A stretch of 64,000 bases of DNA from the NCBI GenBank assembly GCA_022508825.1, contig JAFLUI010000002.1, positions 14,140-78,139 of the forward strand. Reading direction: 5' to 3'. Of the stretch, positions 11,070 to 21,105 are shown piece after piece. The position numbers and the translations under genes are program-made. How positions within the stretch are numbered: position 1 is the stretch's first letter; every line of letters starts with the position of its first letter. The notes beneath the pieces were generated by a model. The model made no database searches. It was given only the letters and a program-made list of their open reading frames with translations, and was not told the origin of the DNA. Origin of the DNA: Oscillospiraceae bacterium (GTDB taxonomy: Bacteria > Bacillota > Clostridia > Oscillospirales > Ruminococcaceae).

Positions 11070-12516
11070 TAATGTTCATGACCTTGATTCTGGCGTAGAG
11101 CTTGTCGTTTGCTTCGATGATATTCCAGGGAGCCGCCTTGGTGGAGGTCTTGGCGATCATTTCGTTTACCGCTTCCTCGTACTGATCCCACTTTTCACGG
11201 TTGCGCCAGTCCTCGTCGGTGATCTTCCACTGCTTTTCGGGAGTGTTAAGACGGTCATTGAAACGCTTGAGCTGCTCGTCCTTGTCTATCTGCATCCAGA
11301 ATTTCAGAAGTATGATGCCCTCGTCGGTAAGCTCCGCCTCAAACTCGTTGATCTCATTGTATGCCATTGCACAGCGGTCGGGAGGAGTGAAGCCCTCCAG
11401 CCTTTCCACCATAACTCTGCCGTACCATGAGCGGTCGAAAATGGTGATGTGTCCGCTTTTGGGAAGATGGTTCCAGAACCGCCACAGATAGTGATGGTTA
11501 AGCTCGTGCTTATCGGGAGCGGCAATGGGGACAGCTTCGTAGCCTCTGGGGTCAAGAGCGTAGGAAACTCTTTTTATGGCTCCGCCCTTTCCTGCAGCGT
11601 CCCAGCCCTCAAAAAGAAGGATGACGGATATCTTCTTCTTGTATATTTTTCCGTGGAGCTTGGCAAGCTCCTTTTGTGCTTTTTTGAGCTCATCCACATA
11701 TTTAGTAGGCTGGAGAGCTTTGTTTTCCAGCTTGACATCTGCAAGCTTTTTGCAGGGGGCAAGCTCGAAACGGTGGGAGGTCTCCTCAATAACAGGGGAG
11801 GGGATGCGCTCGGTGTTTACTGCATTGGTGATCTGGCTCACAAGGATGTTGAACACCTGAAACCGGGTGAAGCTGCGGTCGGTGGTGTCTATGATCCGCC
11901 ACGGACAGTGGGGGGTGTTTGTTTTTGTGAGCATATCGTCAAACTGCTTGTAGTATTCGTTATAATTCTTGTGACGCATCTTGTCAAGCTCGGTGACACG
12001 CCACTTTGTAGAGCTGTCCTCCTTAAGCTTGAGGAAGCGCTTTTTCTGCTCCTTCTGGGAGATGTGCAGGAAAAATTTCACGATAAGGTAGCCGTCGTCG
12101 GAAAGCTGGCGCTCAAAGGTGTTGACCGTATGTATTCGGCGTGCATACTCGTCAGCGGAGATGCCGTCCTCCATTTTTGCGATGGCAAGCTCTTGGTACC
12201 AGCTTCTGTCCATTACGGATATGGTGCCGTATTCGGGGATATCCTCCCAGAAACGCTTCATCATGGGATAGCGGCGCTCAGCCTCGTCGGCAGGCATGGT
12301 AGAAAAGACCTTGAAGAAACGGGGATCCAGCATTTTTATCATGTCCTTGATAAGGGTGCCCTTTCCCGAGGCTCCCCAGCCTTCAAGAAGTATAATAACG
12401 GGAAGCTTCTTGTTTCTGATCTGCTGCTGAAGCGCGGAGAGGTTTTTTTCCAGCTCCTTTGTAAGGTCCTTATAGTCGAATGATTTATTTTTATTGGTGA
12501 TGGCGTTTTCCAGCAT
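11032..12516 (-). CDS. Two-domain polyphosphate kinase 2 family protein (polyphosphate:AMP/nucleotide phosphotransferase type)
   Basis: 494 aa with two tandem PPK2 domains, each carrying a Walker A-like motif (EGWGASGKGT and EGWDAAGKGG) and a DRSWY motif. Confidence 0.85.
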   Translation of the reverse strand: MLENAITNKNKSFDYKDLTKELEKNLSALQQQIRNKKLPVIILLEGWGASGKGTLIKDMIKMLDPRFFKVFSTMPADEAERRYPMMKRFWEDIPEYGTISVMDRSWYQELAIAKMEDGISADEYARRIHTVNTFERQLSDDGYLIVKFFLHISQKEQKKRFLKLKEDSSTKWRVTELDKMRHKNYNEYYKQFDDMLTKTNTPHCPWRIIDTTDRSFTRFQVFNILVSQITNAVNTERIPSPVIEETSHRFELAPCKKLADVKLENKALQPTKYVDELKKAQKELAKLHGKIYKKKISVILLFEGWDAAGKGGAIKRVSYALDPRGYEAVPIAAPDKHELNHHYLWRFWNHLPKSGHITIFDRSWYGRVMVERLEGFTPPDRCAMAYNEINEFEAELTDEGIILLKFWMQIDKDEQLKRFNDRLNTPEKQWKITDEDWRNREKWDQYEEAVNEMIAKTSTKAAPWNIIEANDKLYARIKVMNIIIDALSARIKNQ

Positions 12517-12590
12517 AATATGACAGCTCCTTTCACTGCTATGTTATACATATTATACCTAAAATGAAGGATAATGTCAATACATCCTGC

Positions 12591-12619
12591 TTGACATTTA
12601 TACTGAAAAATAATATAAT
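12591..12619 (+). promoter_or_regulatory. SigA-type promoter upstream of mgtE
   Basis: TTGACA (12591-12596), a 17-nt spacer, then TATAAT (12614-12619). Confidence 0.5.
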
Positions 12620-12657
12620 TAAATATATATTACGGGGTGGACAAGGAGGGGTCAAAA

Positions 12658-14091
12658 ATGGAAAATAAAGATCAGGAAAAGCTCGTCCTTTCGGAGGAGA
12701 CTGCAATAGTCAAGCCGGACTACGGACATGAGATAACCGACATTATCAGGGGAAACGACTCACCGAAAACGATGCTTACAAAGCTTGAGGACTATCACGG
12801 AAATGATATCGCTCAGGTCATTGAAGCTCTCACCGCACAGGAGCGGAGCAAATTTTACCGTGTGTGCAGCGCGGAGATGCTGGCGGAGATATTCGAGTAT
12901 ATCGACGAGGACGAAGTGGGCTCCTATCTTAACGAAATGGATATACGCAAAGCCGCCGCAGTAGTGTCCGAGCTTGAAACGGACACCGCCGCAAACGTCC
13001 TGCGGGAGATCGAAAAGGAAAAAAGAGCCCTGATTATCGACGCCATCAAGCCTGAGATACAGAAGGAGATCAGGATGATCGCCTCCTTTGACGACGACGA
13101 GATAGGAAGTAAAATGACCACTAACTGCATCATCATCAGGGAGAACCTCACTATCAAGCAGGCTATGGACGAGCTTGTAAGACAGGCGGAGGAAAACGAC
13201 AATATCTCCACACTTTTTGTTGTGGACGAGAACGAAGAGTTTTACGGGGCTGTCGACCTGAAAGAGCTTATCATCGCAAGAAGTACGGCTTCACTTGACG
13301 ATCTGATAGTGACGTCCTTCCCGTATGTTTATGCAAGCGAGACTATCGACGACTGTATCGAAAAGCTGAAGGACTATTCCGAAAGCTCCATACCCGTCCT
13401 TGACAATACCAATAAGCTGCTGGGCGTTATTACGTCCCAGAGCATTATTGAAGTCGTTGACGACGAGATGGGCGAGGACTACGCAAAGCTGGCGGGTCTT
13501 ACTGCAGAGGAGGATCTGCGGGAGCCTGTGCTGCAAAGCATGAAAAAGCGTCTGCCATGGCTTCTGGTGCTTCTGGGACTTGGCATTATCGTGTCCGGAG
13601 TTGTGGGGGCTTTTGAAAAGGTGGTCTCACAGCTTACTATTATAATGGCGTTCCAGTCCCTGATACTTGACATGGCAGGTAACGTGGGAACACAGTCCCT
13701 TGCGGTTACTATCAGGGTGCTCATGGACGAAAACCTCACCTTTAAGCAAAAGGGACACCTTGTGACAAAGGAAATGAGGGTGGGACTCTGCAACGGACTG
13801 CTTCTCTGTATGATATCATTTATTTTTGTGGGACTGTATATCATGCTGTTCAAGCACAAGCCTCCCATGTTTGCGTTTGCGGTGTCCGCTTGTATAGGAG
13901 TGTCGCTGGTGCTTGCGATGCTTATCTCCAGCGCAGTGGGAACGCTTATTCCTATATTTTTCAAGAGGATAAAGATCGACCCTGCAGTTGCTTCCGGTCC
14001 GCTGATAACTACCATCAACGACCTTGTGGCTGTTGTGACCTACTACGGCATGAGCTGGATACTTCTGCTTAATATCCTGCATCTGGAATAA
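12658..14091 (+). CDS. mgtE: Magnesium transporter MgtE
   Basis: N-domain, tandem CBS region and a C-terminal 5-TM MgtE channel domain. ATG at 12658 is preceded by AAGGAGGGG. Confidence 0.9.
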   Translation: MENKDQEKLVLSEETAIVKPDYGHEITDIIRGNDSPKTMLTKLEDYHGNDIAQVIEALTAQERSKFYRVCSAEMLAEIFEYIDEDEVGSYLNEMDIRKAAAVVSELETDTAANVLREIEKEKRALIIDAIKPEIQKEIRMIASFDDDEIGSKMTTNCIIIRENLTIKQAMDELVRQAEENDNISTLFVVDENEEFYGAVDLKELIIARSTASLDDLIVTSFPYVYASETIDDCIEKLKDYSESSIPVLDNTNKLLGVITSQSIIEVVDDEMGEDYAKLAGLTAEEDLREPVLQSMKKRLPWLLVLLGLGIIVSGVVGAFEKVVSQLTIIMAFQSLILDMAGNVGTQSLAVTIRVLMDENLTFKQKGHLVTKEMRVGLCNGLLLCMISFIFVGLYIMLFKHKPPMFAFAVSACIGVSLVLAMLISSAVGTLIPIFFKRIKIDPAVASGPLITTINDLVAVVTYYGMSWILLLNILHLE

Positions 14092-14115
14092 TATGCAAAT
14101 GAAAGGACAGTCGTT

Positions 14116-14322
14116 ATGAACATTACCGGTGTGTTTGTCATAATCCCGCTTGCGATAATAGGGTGGTTTGCAGTAAGTCTGGAGCTTTTTCACAGATGTC
14201 CCGATGAGGAGACCGACCGCAAGAAAAAGCTTAAAATAATGCTGATAATTTCATCTGTGTTTGTTGGGCTTCTGTTCGGATTCTTTATCCTGCTTTTCTT
14301 TGCGGCAAATATCCGAACCTGA
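14116..14322 (+). CDS. Small two-TM membrane protein, hypothetical
   Basis: 68-aa ORF with two hydrophobic helices, directly downstream of mgtE. No recognised motif. Confidence 0.35.
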   Translation: MNITGVFVIIPLAIIGWFAVSLELFHRCPDEETDRKKKLKIMLIISSVFVGLLFGFFILLFFAANIRT

Positions 14323-14507
14323 TATTTATGCTTTTGAATATAATAAAAAGCTCTCCTGAAATTTTATATCAGAGCGGTTTTGCAATTTGGTCAGTTTTTG
14401 TATTGCTTTTTTAAGAATATTTTGATATAATGATATAAACGAAAGTTTGTGCAAATATAATTGTACACAATGCAAGTCAAAATTTCCCGCAATGAAAGGA
14501 GTATTGT

Positions 14508-16682
14508 ATGAAGCTAAAAAAATTATTTGCTGCAGCAGCAGCGGCGCTGATGCTTTCTGCCGTGGTTTTGACTGCAAATGCTGATATTTTCGAAAACGAC
14601 GAGGGCCTGACAGCTGCATACAGCGATGACGGTATCTCTCCTGTGGCTGACGGGGAGGGTATCCCTATTGATGATGAGCATTTTCCGGATTGGTTTTTTC
14701 AAACGGTGATTAAAGGATCATCTATTGATATTAATGGAGACGGATATCTTTCTCAGGATGAAATAGATGCGGTCTGCAATCCAGATCCAATCAAGCCGTT
14801 GTTTTTAGACAATAATCACATAGAAGACTTAACGGGAATAGAATACTTTACTGATTTGAAATTACTTAGCTGTTCTAATAATCAAATTACAAACCTTGAT
14901 ATAAGCAAACTTACCAATTTAATATATCTTAATTGCAATAAAAATCAGCTTACAAGCCTTGATCTCAGCAACAATACAAATTTTACAACGCTTTTTTGTA
15001 ATGAAAATCAGCTTACAAGTCTTGACCTTAGCGGATGTACACAATTAACAAGTAAAAATTTTTCTGCTAAGGATAACAAATGTGTAATTGCATTGAATGA
15101 ACTGACCGTTGATGCTCTTTGTGAAGAACTGAAAAAATACAATAAAAATTTTGATAAAAACAATATTACCTCATGGGACAGCGGCGTTGAGGGTAATTAC
15201 ATCACAGGGGATACTGTTTCATACACATATTACTGCGGAATAGAAGGCTGTTATCTGGAGGCTGAAATTGAAATAGCTATATCTATTGATGAAACTTTTG
15301 ATGATGAATTGGCAAAAATAATTGGAGATTGTTTAAAAGATGGTGATGGCAATAGCTTGAATGGTTTGGCGGATGATGGCAAATTTTCATCAGAAGAAAT
15401 ATCGCAGGTAAAGCAGATCAGTATCAGCAATGCAGAAAAAGTAGAAAGCTTAGAGGGAATAAAAATTTTTTATAATCTTAAGAATCTTTTATGTAATGAA
15501 AGTCGTATCACAGAACTTGACCTCAGCGGACTTGAAAATTTAGAAGAGGTTACCGTCAAATACAGTTATTCCCCAAATCAGCCCAAAGAAGAACGAGGTG
15601 CCCTCAAAATAATTAATGTGACCGGCTGTCAATCGCTTACTGCAATTTGGGCTAACGGAAATTCGATTAATGAGATCATTGGCTTAGATGATTGTAAAAA
15701 TTTGATTACACTGGATATGGAATACACTGATATTACAAGCATTGATCTCAGCAAATTAGAAAATCTGAGTGATGTCAGATTACACTATACTCCGCTGATA
15801 AGTATTGATATAAGTAAAAATGCAATAACCGATAAAGAGAAATTCGGAGTAGGCTGGCATCTGTCCTCCATGGGTGAAGTAACGGATGGCAGCAGCCTGA
15901 TCGCAAAAATGCGGGCTTATGATGGGAATTTCAGAGTGGAAAAGACATCTAACTGGCAATATGCGACAAAGCTGAATACCGATAAAACTACAAGTACTAC
16001 CAATGGCGATGATTGGACAGATTGGAAAGAAATGAATGCTCTGCTTGGAGATAATGCGGAAAATGCAGGCGGACTGATACGTACATTAGCATTGCAGAAT
16101 TACACAGCGGGTGACATTGAGATACCTGAAGGGTTAGCGATACCTGAAGGCGCTATTCTCGTCAAATATAATTACGACTATGGTGTGACTTATGCAGACG
16201 ATCCTTATCATACTAAATTTATACCGGAAATTATGATTACAATAGCTAAGCCTCCCGAAGTCGGAACTAAGCCAACCGATCCCGAACCTACCGAGCCGGA
16301 GCCCACTGACCCGGAGCCGACTGAGCCGGAGCCCACCGATCCTGACCCGACTGACCCGAAGCCAACCGATCCCGAACCCACCGACCCAAAGCCAACTGAC
16401 CCTGAACCCTCTGAGCCGGAAAGACCCGGTCAGGATAACGAAAATAACAAGCCTGCACCGGAGGCTCCTGTACCTCCAGGAAACGGCTATTATCCCGCTC
16501 CCGGCATTTACATTCCGGCGGGTGTAAGCTCTTCTGAGGGAGAGGACGTTTCCTCAGATGCGGGAATTTACGAAAGCGGCGAGCTGATCGATTCGGTTAC
16601 TCATGTATGGATCGCAATAATTCCTTTTGTGACAGCAGTCATTGGGTCAATTATTAAAAAACGACTCAGATCAAACAAATAA
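14508..16682 (+). CDS. Cell-surface leucine-rich-repeat protein with Pro/Thr/Glu linker and C-terminal membrane anchor
   Basis: Signal peptide MKLKKLFAAAAAALMLSAVVLTANA. One Ca-binding EF-hand/dockerin-like loop (DINGDGYLSQDEIDAV). Repeated LxxLxCxxNQLTSLDLS LRR units in two blocks. PTDPEPTEPE linker, terminal TM helix plus a KKRLRSNK stop-transfer sequence. Confidence 0.75.
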   Translation: MKLKKLFAAAAAALMLSAVVLTANADIFENDEGLTAAYSDDGISPVADGEGIPIDDEHFPDWFFQTVIKGSSIDINGDGYLSQDEIDAVCNPDPIKPLFLDNNHIEDLTGIEYFTDLKLLSCSNNQITNLDISKLTNLIYLNCNKNQLTSLDLSNNTNFTTLFCNENQLTSLDLSGCTQLTSKNFSAKDNKCVIALNELTVDALCEELKKYNKNFDKNNITSWDSGVEGNYITGDTVSYTYYCGIEGCYLEAEIEIAISIDETFDDELAKIIGDCLKDGDGNSLNGLADDGKFSSEEISQVKQISISNAEKVESLEGIKIFYNLKNLLCNESRITELDLSGLENLEEVTVKYSYSPNQPKEERGALKIINVTGCQSLTAIWANGNSINEIIGLDDCKNLITLDMEYTDITSIDLSKLENLSDVRLHYTPLISIDISKNAITDKEKFGVGWHLSSMGEVTDGSSLIAKMRAYDGNFRVEKTSNWQYATKLNTDKTTSTTNGDDWTDWKEMNALLGDNAENAGGLIRTLALQNYTAGDIEIPEGLAIPEGAILVKYNYDYGVTYADDPYHTKFIPEIMITIAKPPEVGTKPTDPEPTEPEPTDPEPTEPEPTDPDPTDPKPTDPEPTDPKPTDPEPSEPERPGQDNENNKPAPEAPVPPGNGYYPAPGIYIPAGVSSSEGEDVSSDAGIYESGELIDSVTHVWIAIIPFVTAVIGSIIKKRLRSNK
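16267..16421 (+). repeat. In-frame tandem 12/24-nt repeats encoding the (K/E)PTDPEPTEPE linker
   Basis: Repeated CCNACNGANCCNGANCC units are visible in the DNA. They lie inside the CDS 14508..16682. Confidence 0.8.
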
Positions 16683-16698
16683 TAACAGAACTGTAACA

Positions 16699-16724
16699 GG
16701 GGATGCTGCATATGCAGCATCCCC
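16699..16724. terminator. Bidirectional hairpin between convergent genes
   Basis: GGGGATGCTGCA-TA-TGCAGCATCCCC, a perfect 12-bp stem, between the stops at 16682 (+) and 16731 (-). Confidence 0.7.
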
Positions 16725-16730
16725 TTATTA

Positions 16731-17756
16731 TCATTTTATACGGTCGCTTCCGTTGTTTTTCCGTTTCTGCTTTTGCATCATCAGCACGATAAGTCCCGCC
16801 GCAAGCACGGCTGTACAGCTTATGGCGATACGCTTGATATTTTCCCCTGCTTTGTCGGATGCCCCGGCGGCTGCGCTTACATCGTCTGCCAGTCCGTTGT
16901 AGAAATTATCATTTCCATTAGCGGCGGGTGAATTGACATTTTCTATATCAGGGGAGAGGCTTACGATGTCATCCTCAGATGCATCAACTGTTATTGTTGT
17001 AAAGGGAGCGTTGTCGTCGGTGATGATCTCAGTCACGAATGCCGGGTCAAGAGATTTTGTAATTTCGGTCATGGAGGGGAAAGCTTCTGTGACCGACGGG
17101 TCATATGCGCTTGTCACTGTTTCCTCAGAGCTGATTATTTCGGCAGATACCCTGCCGTTATGCTCATCGTCAATGCCTTCGGATATCCCGATGCTTACGC
17201 TTTTATAGTCCTGACTGAAATATCGGGGAGGGTCGTCCGGGTCAAGATACACGTTTATTTCGCTGGAGCCTATGTCTGCGCCCGGCTTTACAGTAAACTC
17301 CAGAGTTACTGCGACTCCGCCGCAGTCCATATTCTCTCCGGACACAAAAGCGAACACGCAGACATCCCTTGTTATGTTGTTCCGGTAATCCTTTAAAGCC
17401 TGCTCCGGGACAGGTGTTCCGCTGCTTTTGTCAAAGGGGATATATGTAAAGGGGAGGATGCTTCCGTTATAAAAATTACTGCCGGGGACGGCGTCGGTAA
17501 GCTCCAGATCGCCGGTATCCCAGGATGCGTTCAGGGAGAATGCGCAGGTCGACAGGTCGTCCAGGGACACATCCACATAAAATTTCTCTCCGGGACTGAG
17601 ATCGGTAGCGGCAGAGCCTGTTATTTTTGCTGTGACCGTGACAGAGTTATAGTCATCTGCATATGCTGTAAGTCCGGACGGTATCAGCTGACACAGACAC
17701 ATTGCAGCGGACATTGCCCATGCAGTCAGTCTTTTCTTCATTTGACCTTCCTCCAT
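16731..17756 (-). CDS. Membrane-anchored surface protein with N-terminal cohesin-like domain
   Basis: Signal peptide, then a beta-sandwich-like region (VTVTAKITGSAATDLSPGEKFYVDVSLDDL...FSLNASWDTGDLELTDAVPG) resembling cohesin modules. Has a C-terminal TM helix plus a KQKRKNN sequence. The cohesin call is by pattern only. Confidence 0.5.
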   Translation of the reverse strand: MEEGQMKKRLTAWAMSAAMCLCQLIPSGLTAYADDYNSVTVTAKITGSAATDLSPGEKFYVDVSLDDLSTCAFSLNASWDTGDLELTDAVPGSNFYNGSILPFTYIPFDKSSGTPVPEQALKDYRNNITRDVCVFAFVSGENMDCGGVAVTLEFTVKPGADIGSSEINVYLDPDDPPRYFSQDYKSVSIGISEGIDDEHNGRVSAEIISSEETVTSAYDPSVTEAFPSMTEITKSLDPAFVTEIITDDNAPFTTITVDASEDDIVSLSPDIENVNSPAANGNDNFYNGLADDVSAAAGASDKAGENIKRIAISCTAVLAAGLIVLMMQKQKRKNNGSDRIK

Positions 17757-17993
17757 TGTTCTACAAAATGTATATTTGGTACTTACATTGTACTAAATTA
17801 CGAGAAAAATGTCAATAAATCCGGGACTTAATCAACATTTTGTATATTTTCCCCCGTAAATTTTGGTTATTTTTTGTCGATTTTCTACTCTCAGGATACT
17901 TGACATATGTGAACTGATGTGCTAAAATAACCTTGATTATGTAATTTTGTCCGGAAAAACGGCTTCCGGACAGGTATGGAGGGATATTAAACG

Positions 17994-19841
17994 ATGAAGA
18001 AATTACATATATTTACCTGTGCAGCAATTGTATTGGGGATGGTCTTTTCAATGTCCTCCGCAGTTTATGCTGACGTGAGGTCAGAGGTGCGGACATCTGT
18101 CCGGAAGGATATTACCGATATAGACGGACAGTATCCCCACTGGGACGGCGTTTCTCCAATAGCCCAGTTCAAGTACATTGACGGAAGCTTCTGTCTTGCT
18201 GTGGACGGTACTGACGAAATAACCATAGTAAAGACGTCCGCTGACGGCTCTGTGGTGTCAGACGATATCAAGCTTAAAAAGGCACATCCCGTATTCGGAA
18301 CAGTGGTGTGCGATGCAAGCGGGTATTTTTACGCCGTGACCGGAGAGGTCAATCAGACAAGCGACACAAGCAGGCAGACCGTGTTCATTTCAAAGTATCT
18401 TTCAAGCGGCGGAGATCCGATGATGACGACAGGAAACAACGGAAGCTCCAGCCTCCAGTCTTACCACGGAAGCGACTATAATACAAAGATACCCTTTGAT
18501 TCGGGAGTGTCCGCAGCAATTGCCGACAATGTAATGGCAGTTCATTACGGCAGGGAAATGTACAACGGACATCAGGCAAATTCGGTCTGGATAATAAATA
18601 TAAATACGTTTATGACTATGAAGGATACAGCATGGATAAGCTCTCACTCCTTTGCGCACAGAACGATCCCATTCGGATATAAAAGCTTTCTTTTCCTGAG
18701 CGAAGGAGATGCCAATGAACGTGCGTTTTCCACATATGCTGTAGAGGTAGGCTCTCTTGGCGTACTCAATTACAAAAAGGGATACCCGTTCCACTTCTGG
18801 ATCGAACAGGATGCATCTAAAAACGAAAAATGGGGCGTCATTAATAATAACTTTGCTCATCTGGCGGGTATTGTTTCACTTGGCAACGGTACAGCGGCTC
18901 TGGTGGGAACAGCGGCTCCCTCCCTTACGTCAGCGGCTGAGACCGAAAGGGAACAGCTTTTCGTTCAGATATTTGATCCATATGCTGATCTTTCCAAGGA
19001 GTCTGCTTATGTAACCAAGGGGACGCGTTCCGGACTCAGCGGTCCCAACGGAGACAGGCAGGTGACAAATTACGGTGTGAAATGGCTTGCTGATTATACA
19101 GACGCCACGATTGAAAATCCCCAGGTGGTCGGAACCGATGACGGGAAGATAGTTATCCTGTTTGAGAAGGGTGACAGAAACGGTTGGGTATGGGGCTGGG
19201 CATACAAAAGATACGACGGCTTGTACTACATGATACTGGATTCCTACGGCAATGTAATAAAGCCTGCGGCGCTGTTTTCCAAAACGGCGAGATTAAATCC
19301 CTGCACGATGCCTGTGTATATTGATGGGTCAATATATTGGGCAGGAAATACGATCTCCAACAATAAGGACGTTTATGTCAATGTCCTTAAGCTGACCGAT
19401 GAGGAGGACAATATGCCGGAGGACGACAGCGGCAGCGGAGGCAATACAGATACTGACGGCAGCAAAAATGAAGATGGAAGCGGAGACAGCAGCATTGGAG
19501 ACGGCACAGATGCCGGCGGCAATGAAAACAATGCCCCCGGAAGCTCCGGAGACAGCGGCAGCAGCCCGGACAACACCGGAAATGCCGGCAGTGACAGCAC
19601 AGACAAGAGCGTCGGCAGCAGCGGAACCGGCAGTACAGGCAGAAGCTTCATCAAAGGCGACGCAGACGGCAGCGGCACTGTTGATGCTTTTGATGCTGCG
19701 TTGATCCTTGCTTACATAGGAAAAGAAGAGTATGTGACTATCGATAAGGATGCGGCAGACGTTAACGGCGATGGCATCATCAGCCGCGGAGATGCAGAGC
19801 TTATCCTTCGTTATACGGCAGGAAATACAGGACTGTTCTGA
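17994..19841 (+). CDS. Secreted dockerin-containing protein (unknown N-terminal domain, G/S/D-rich linker, type-I dockerin)
   Basis: Signal peptide. The C-terminus has duplicated Ca-binding dockerin segments, GDADGSGTVDAFDAALILAY and DVNGDGIISRGDAELILRY. Confidence 0.75.
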   Translation: MKKLHIFTCAAIVLGMVFSMSSAVYADVRSEVRTSVRKDITDIDGQYPHWDGVSPIAQFKYIDGSFCLAVDGTDEITIVKTSADGSVVSDDIKLKKAHPVFGTVVCDASGYFYAVTGEVNQTSDTSRQTVFISKYLSSGGDPMMTTGNNGSSSLQSYHGSDYNTKIPFDSGVSAAIADNVMAVHYGREMYNGHQANSVWIININTFMTMKDTAWISSHSFAHRTIPFGYKSFLFLSEGDANERAFSTYAVEVGSLGVLNYKKGYPFHFWIEQDASKNEKWGVINNNFAHLAGIVSLGNGTAALVGTAAPSLTSAAETEREQLFVQIFDPYADLSKESAYVTKGTRSGLSGPNGDRQVTNYGVKWLADYTDATIENPQVVGTDDGKIVILFEKGDRNGWVWGWAYKRYDGLYYMILDSYGNVIKPAALFSKTARLNPCTMPVYIDGSIYWAGNTISNNKDVYVNVLKLTDEEDNMPEDDSGSGGNTDTDGSKNEDGSGDSSIGDGTDAGGNENNAPGSSGDSGSSPDNTGNAGSDSTDKSVGSSGTGSTGRSFIKGDADGSGTVDAFDAALILAYIGKEEYVTIDKDAADVNGDGIISRGDAELILRYTAGNTGLF

Positions 19842-19863
19842 GTAAATTTATAGTATATGAAAG

Positions 19864-19906
19864 ACAAACTGACTTCGTTATTGATGCGGAGTCAGTTTGT
19901 TTATGT
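19864..19906 (+). terminator. Rho-independent terminator after the dockerin gene
   Basis: ACAAACTGACT (19864-19874) pairs with AGTCAGTTTGT (19890-19900), followed by TTAT. Confidence 0.6.
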
Positions 19907-19909
19907 CTG

Positions 19910-20846
19910 TTTCGGCAGATTTTATATTTTTCTAAAAATCTGCGATATTCCGCCTGATGCGAGGGGTACAGGAATCCCTTGCCGGACGTGTGGCGCTCCT
20001 GCATATGTCCCCCTTATCACAGCGAGAAATTACAGGAGCAAAGTGTATACCATTCACCACAGACTTTGACAAGCTCCTTGAAGAAAGCAAAAGCTTCACC
20101 GGAATTACTGTCCCCGAACTGTTTAGCCGTATCTGGACAGGCTCCATGCCGGGAATTGTCAGCGGTCAGTATCCTGACAGAAATATTTACTACTCATCCT
20201 ACCTATCCACTTATGCAGAACGTGATGTGCGGGATATTTCCGCCGCTGTGGATGCGCTGAAATTCAACAGATTTATCACAGCCGTTGCTGCAAGAACGTC
20301 ACAGCTTCTGAATTACAAAGCCCTTGCAGATGATGCAGACATTGATCTGCCGACTGTAAAGGTTTGGTTAAATATTCTTGAAACACTGGGAATAGTTTTT
20401 CTGCTGCACCCGTATTCAAATAATGTATTGAAGCGGACTATAAAGACTCCTAAGCTGTATTTTTATGACACAGGACTGGTCTGCTATCTGACAAAATGGT
20501 CATCCCCTGAGATTGCCGAAAGCGGTGCCATGAACGGAGCGCTTCTTGAAAATTTCGCAGTATCGGAGATCATGAAGAGCTATCAGAATTCCGGACTTGA
20601 ACCGTATCTGTACTTCTACCGTGACCGGGACTCCAAAGAGATCGACGTTATCATAGAAGGAGACGGTATGCTTTGTCCAATTGAGATCAAAAAGACTGCC
20701 ACTCCTGACAAACGTCTTGCCAAAACATTCGATGTCATCAACAGATTACCTCTTAAGCTGGGAACGGGAGCCATTCTCTGCATGGCAGAGAAGTTCAGTG
20801 CGTTTGACAAGGATACTTTGATAGTGCCAATTGGGATGATATGATC
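19910..20846 (+). pseudogene. 5'-truncated copy of the DUF4143-type AAA ATPase gene found at 21494..22723
   Basis: 19955-20846 aligns with 21834-22725, with 15 aa differences over 295 codons in the ORF track. 19910-19943 aligns with 21378-21410. About 423 bp carrying the promoter, start codon and P-loop (21411-21833) is replaced by 11 nt. Confidence 0.85.
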
Positions 20847-20961
20847 CGAGAGTGGCGGCTGCTGAAAATTCAGCAGCCATAGTTATAATTCTTTGACCGT
20901 CATTAACCCGGAAACTCACGCATATACATAGAAAGAAATACCGTGTATTGGAGTGAGCATA

Positions 20962-21105
20962 TTGAAGGTAAAAGCAGGTCAGGATATCGAGGAACGCGCC
21001 GTAGTTCTCGGCCGTTATATTCTCGAGAATAAAGCTACTGTTCGTGCCGCTGCTAAACAGTTCGGAATTTCAAAATCCACGGTGCATATGGTTGTAGTAA
21101 ATTAG
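20962..21105 (+). pseudogene. spoIIID: spoIIID 5' segment (interrupted gene; SpoIIID codons 1-42 end at 21086, then 5 element-derived codons and a stop)
   Basis: TTG start with GGAG 7 nt upstream. Translation (M)KVKAGQDIEERAVVLGRYILENKATVRAAAKQFGISKSTVH matches the SpoIIID HTH region (B. subtilis ...KKTVRVIAKEFGVSKSTVHKD...). The start codon is uncertain. Confidence 0.85.

Noticed and set aside
12517-12657. An M-box (Mg2+) riboswitch upstream of mgtE.
   Set aside because: Only about 40 nt lie between the predicted -10 box and the start codon, which is far too short for an M-box aptamer. No terminator or antiterminator structure was seen.
16267-16421. A possible CRISPR-like or other non-coding tandem array, based on periodic repeats.
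   Set aside because: The repeats are in-frame 12/24-nt units encoding a PTDPEPTEPE linker inside a long ORF. There is no spacer/repeat architecture and no cas genes anywhere in the window.
19373-19704. ORFs on both strands within the G/S/D-rich linker of the dockerin protein (19373..19678 on the minus strand, 19399..19704 on the plus strand).
   Set aside because: These are artefacts of low-complexity GGC/AGC-rich repeat sequence, which is open in several frames. The dockerin-protein frame is continuous with a signal peptide and a dockerin.
20899-20928. Calling a SigE-dependent promoter for spoIIID (GTCATTA-N14-CATATACA) as a feature.
   Set aside because: The resemblance to the mother-cell SigE consensus is loose, the consensus is quoted from memory, and the spacing is uncertain. 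It is mentioned only as a hypothesis in the findings.
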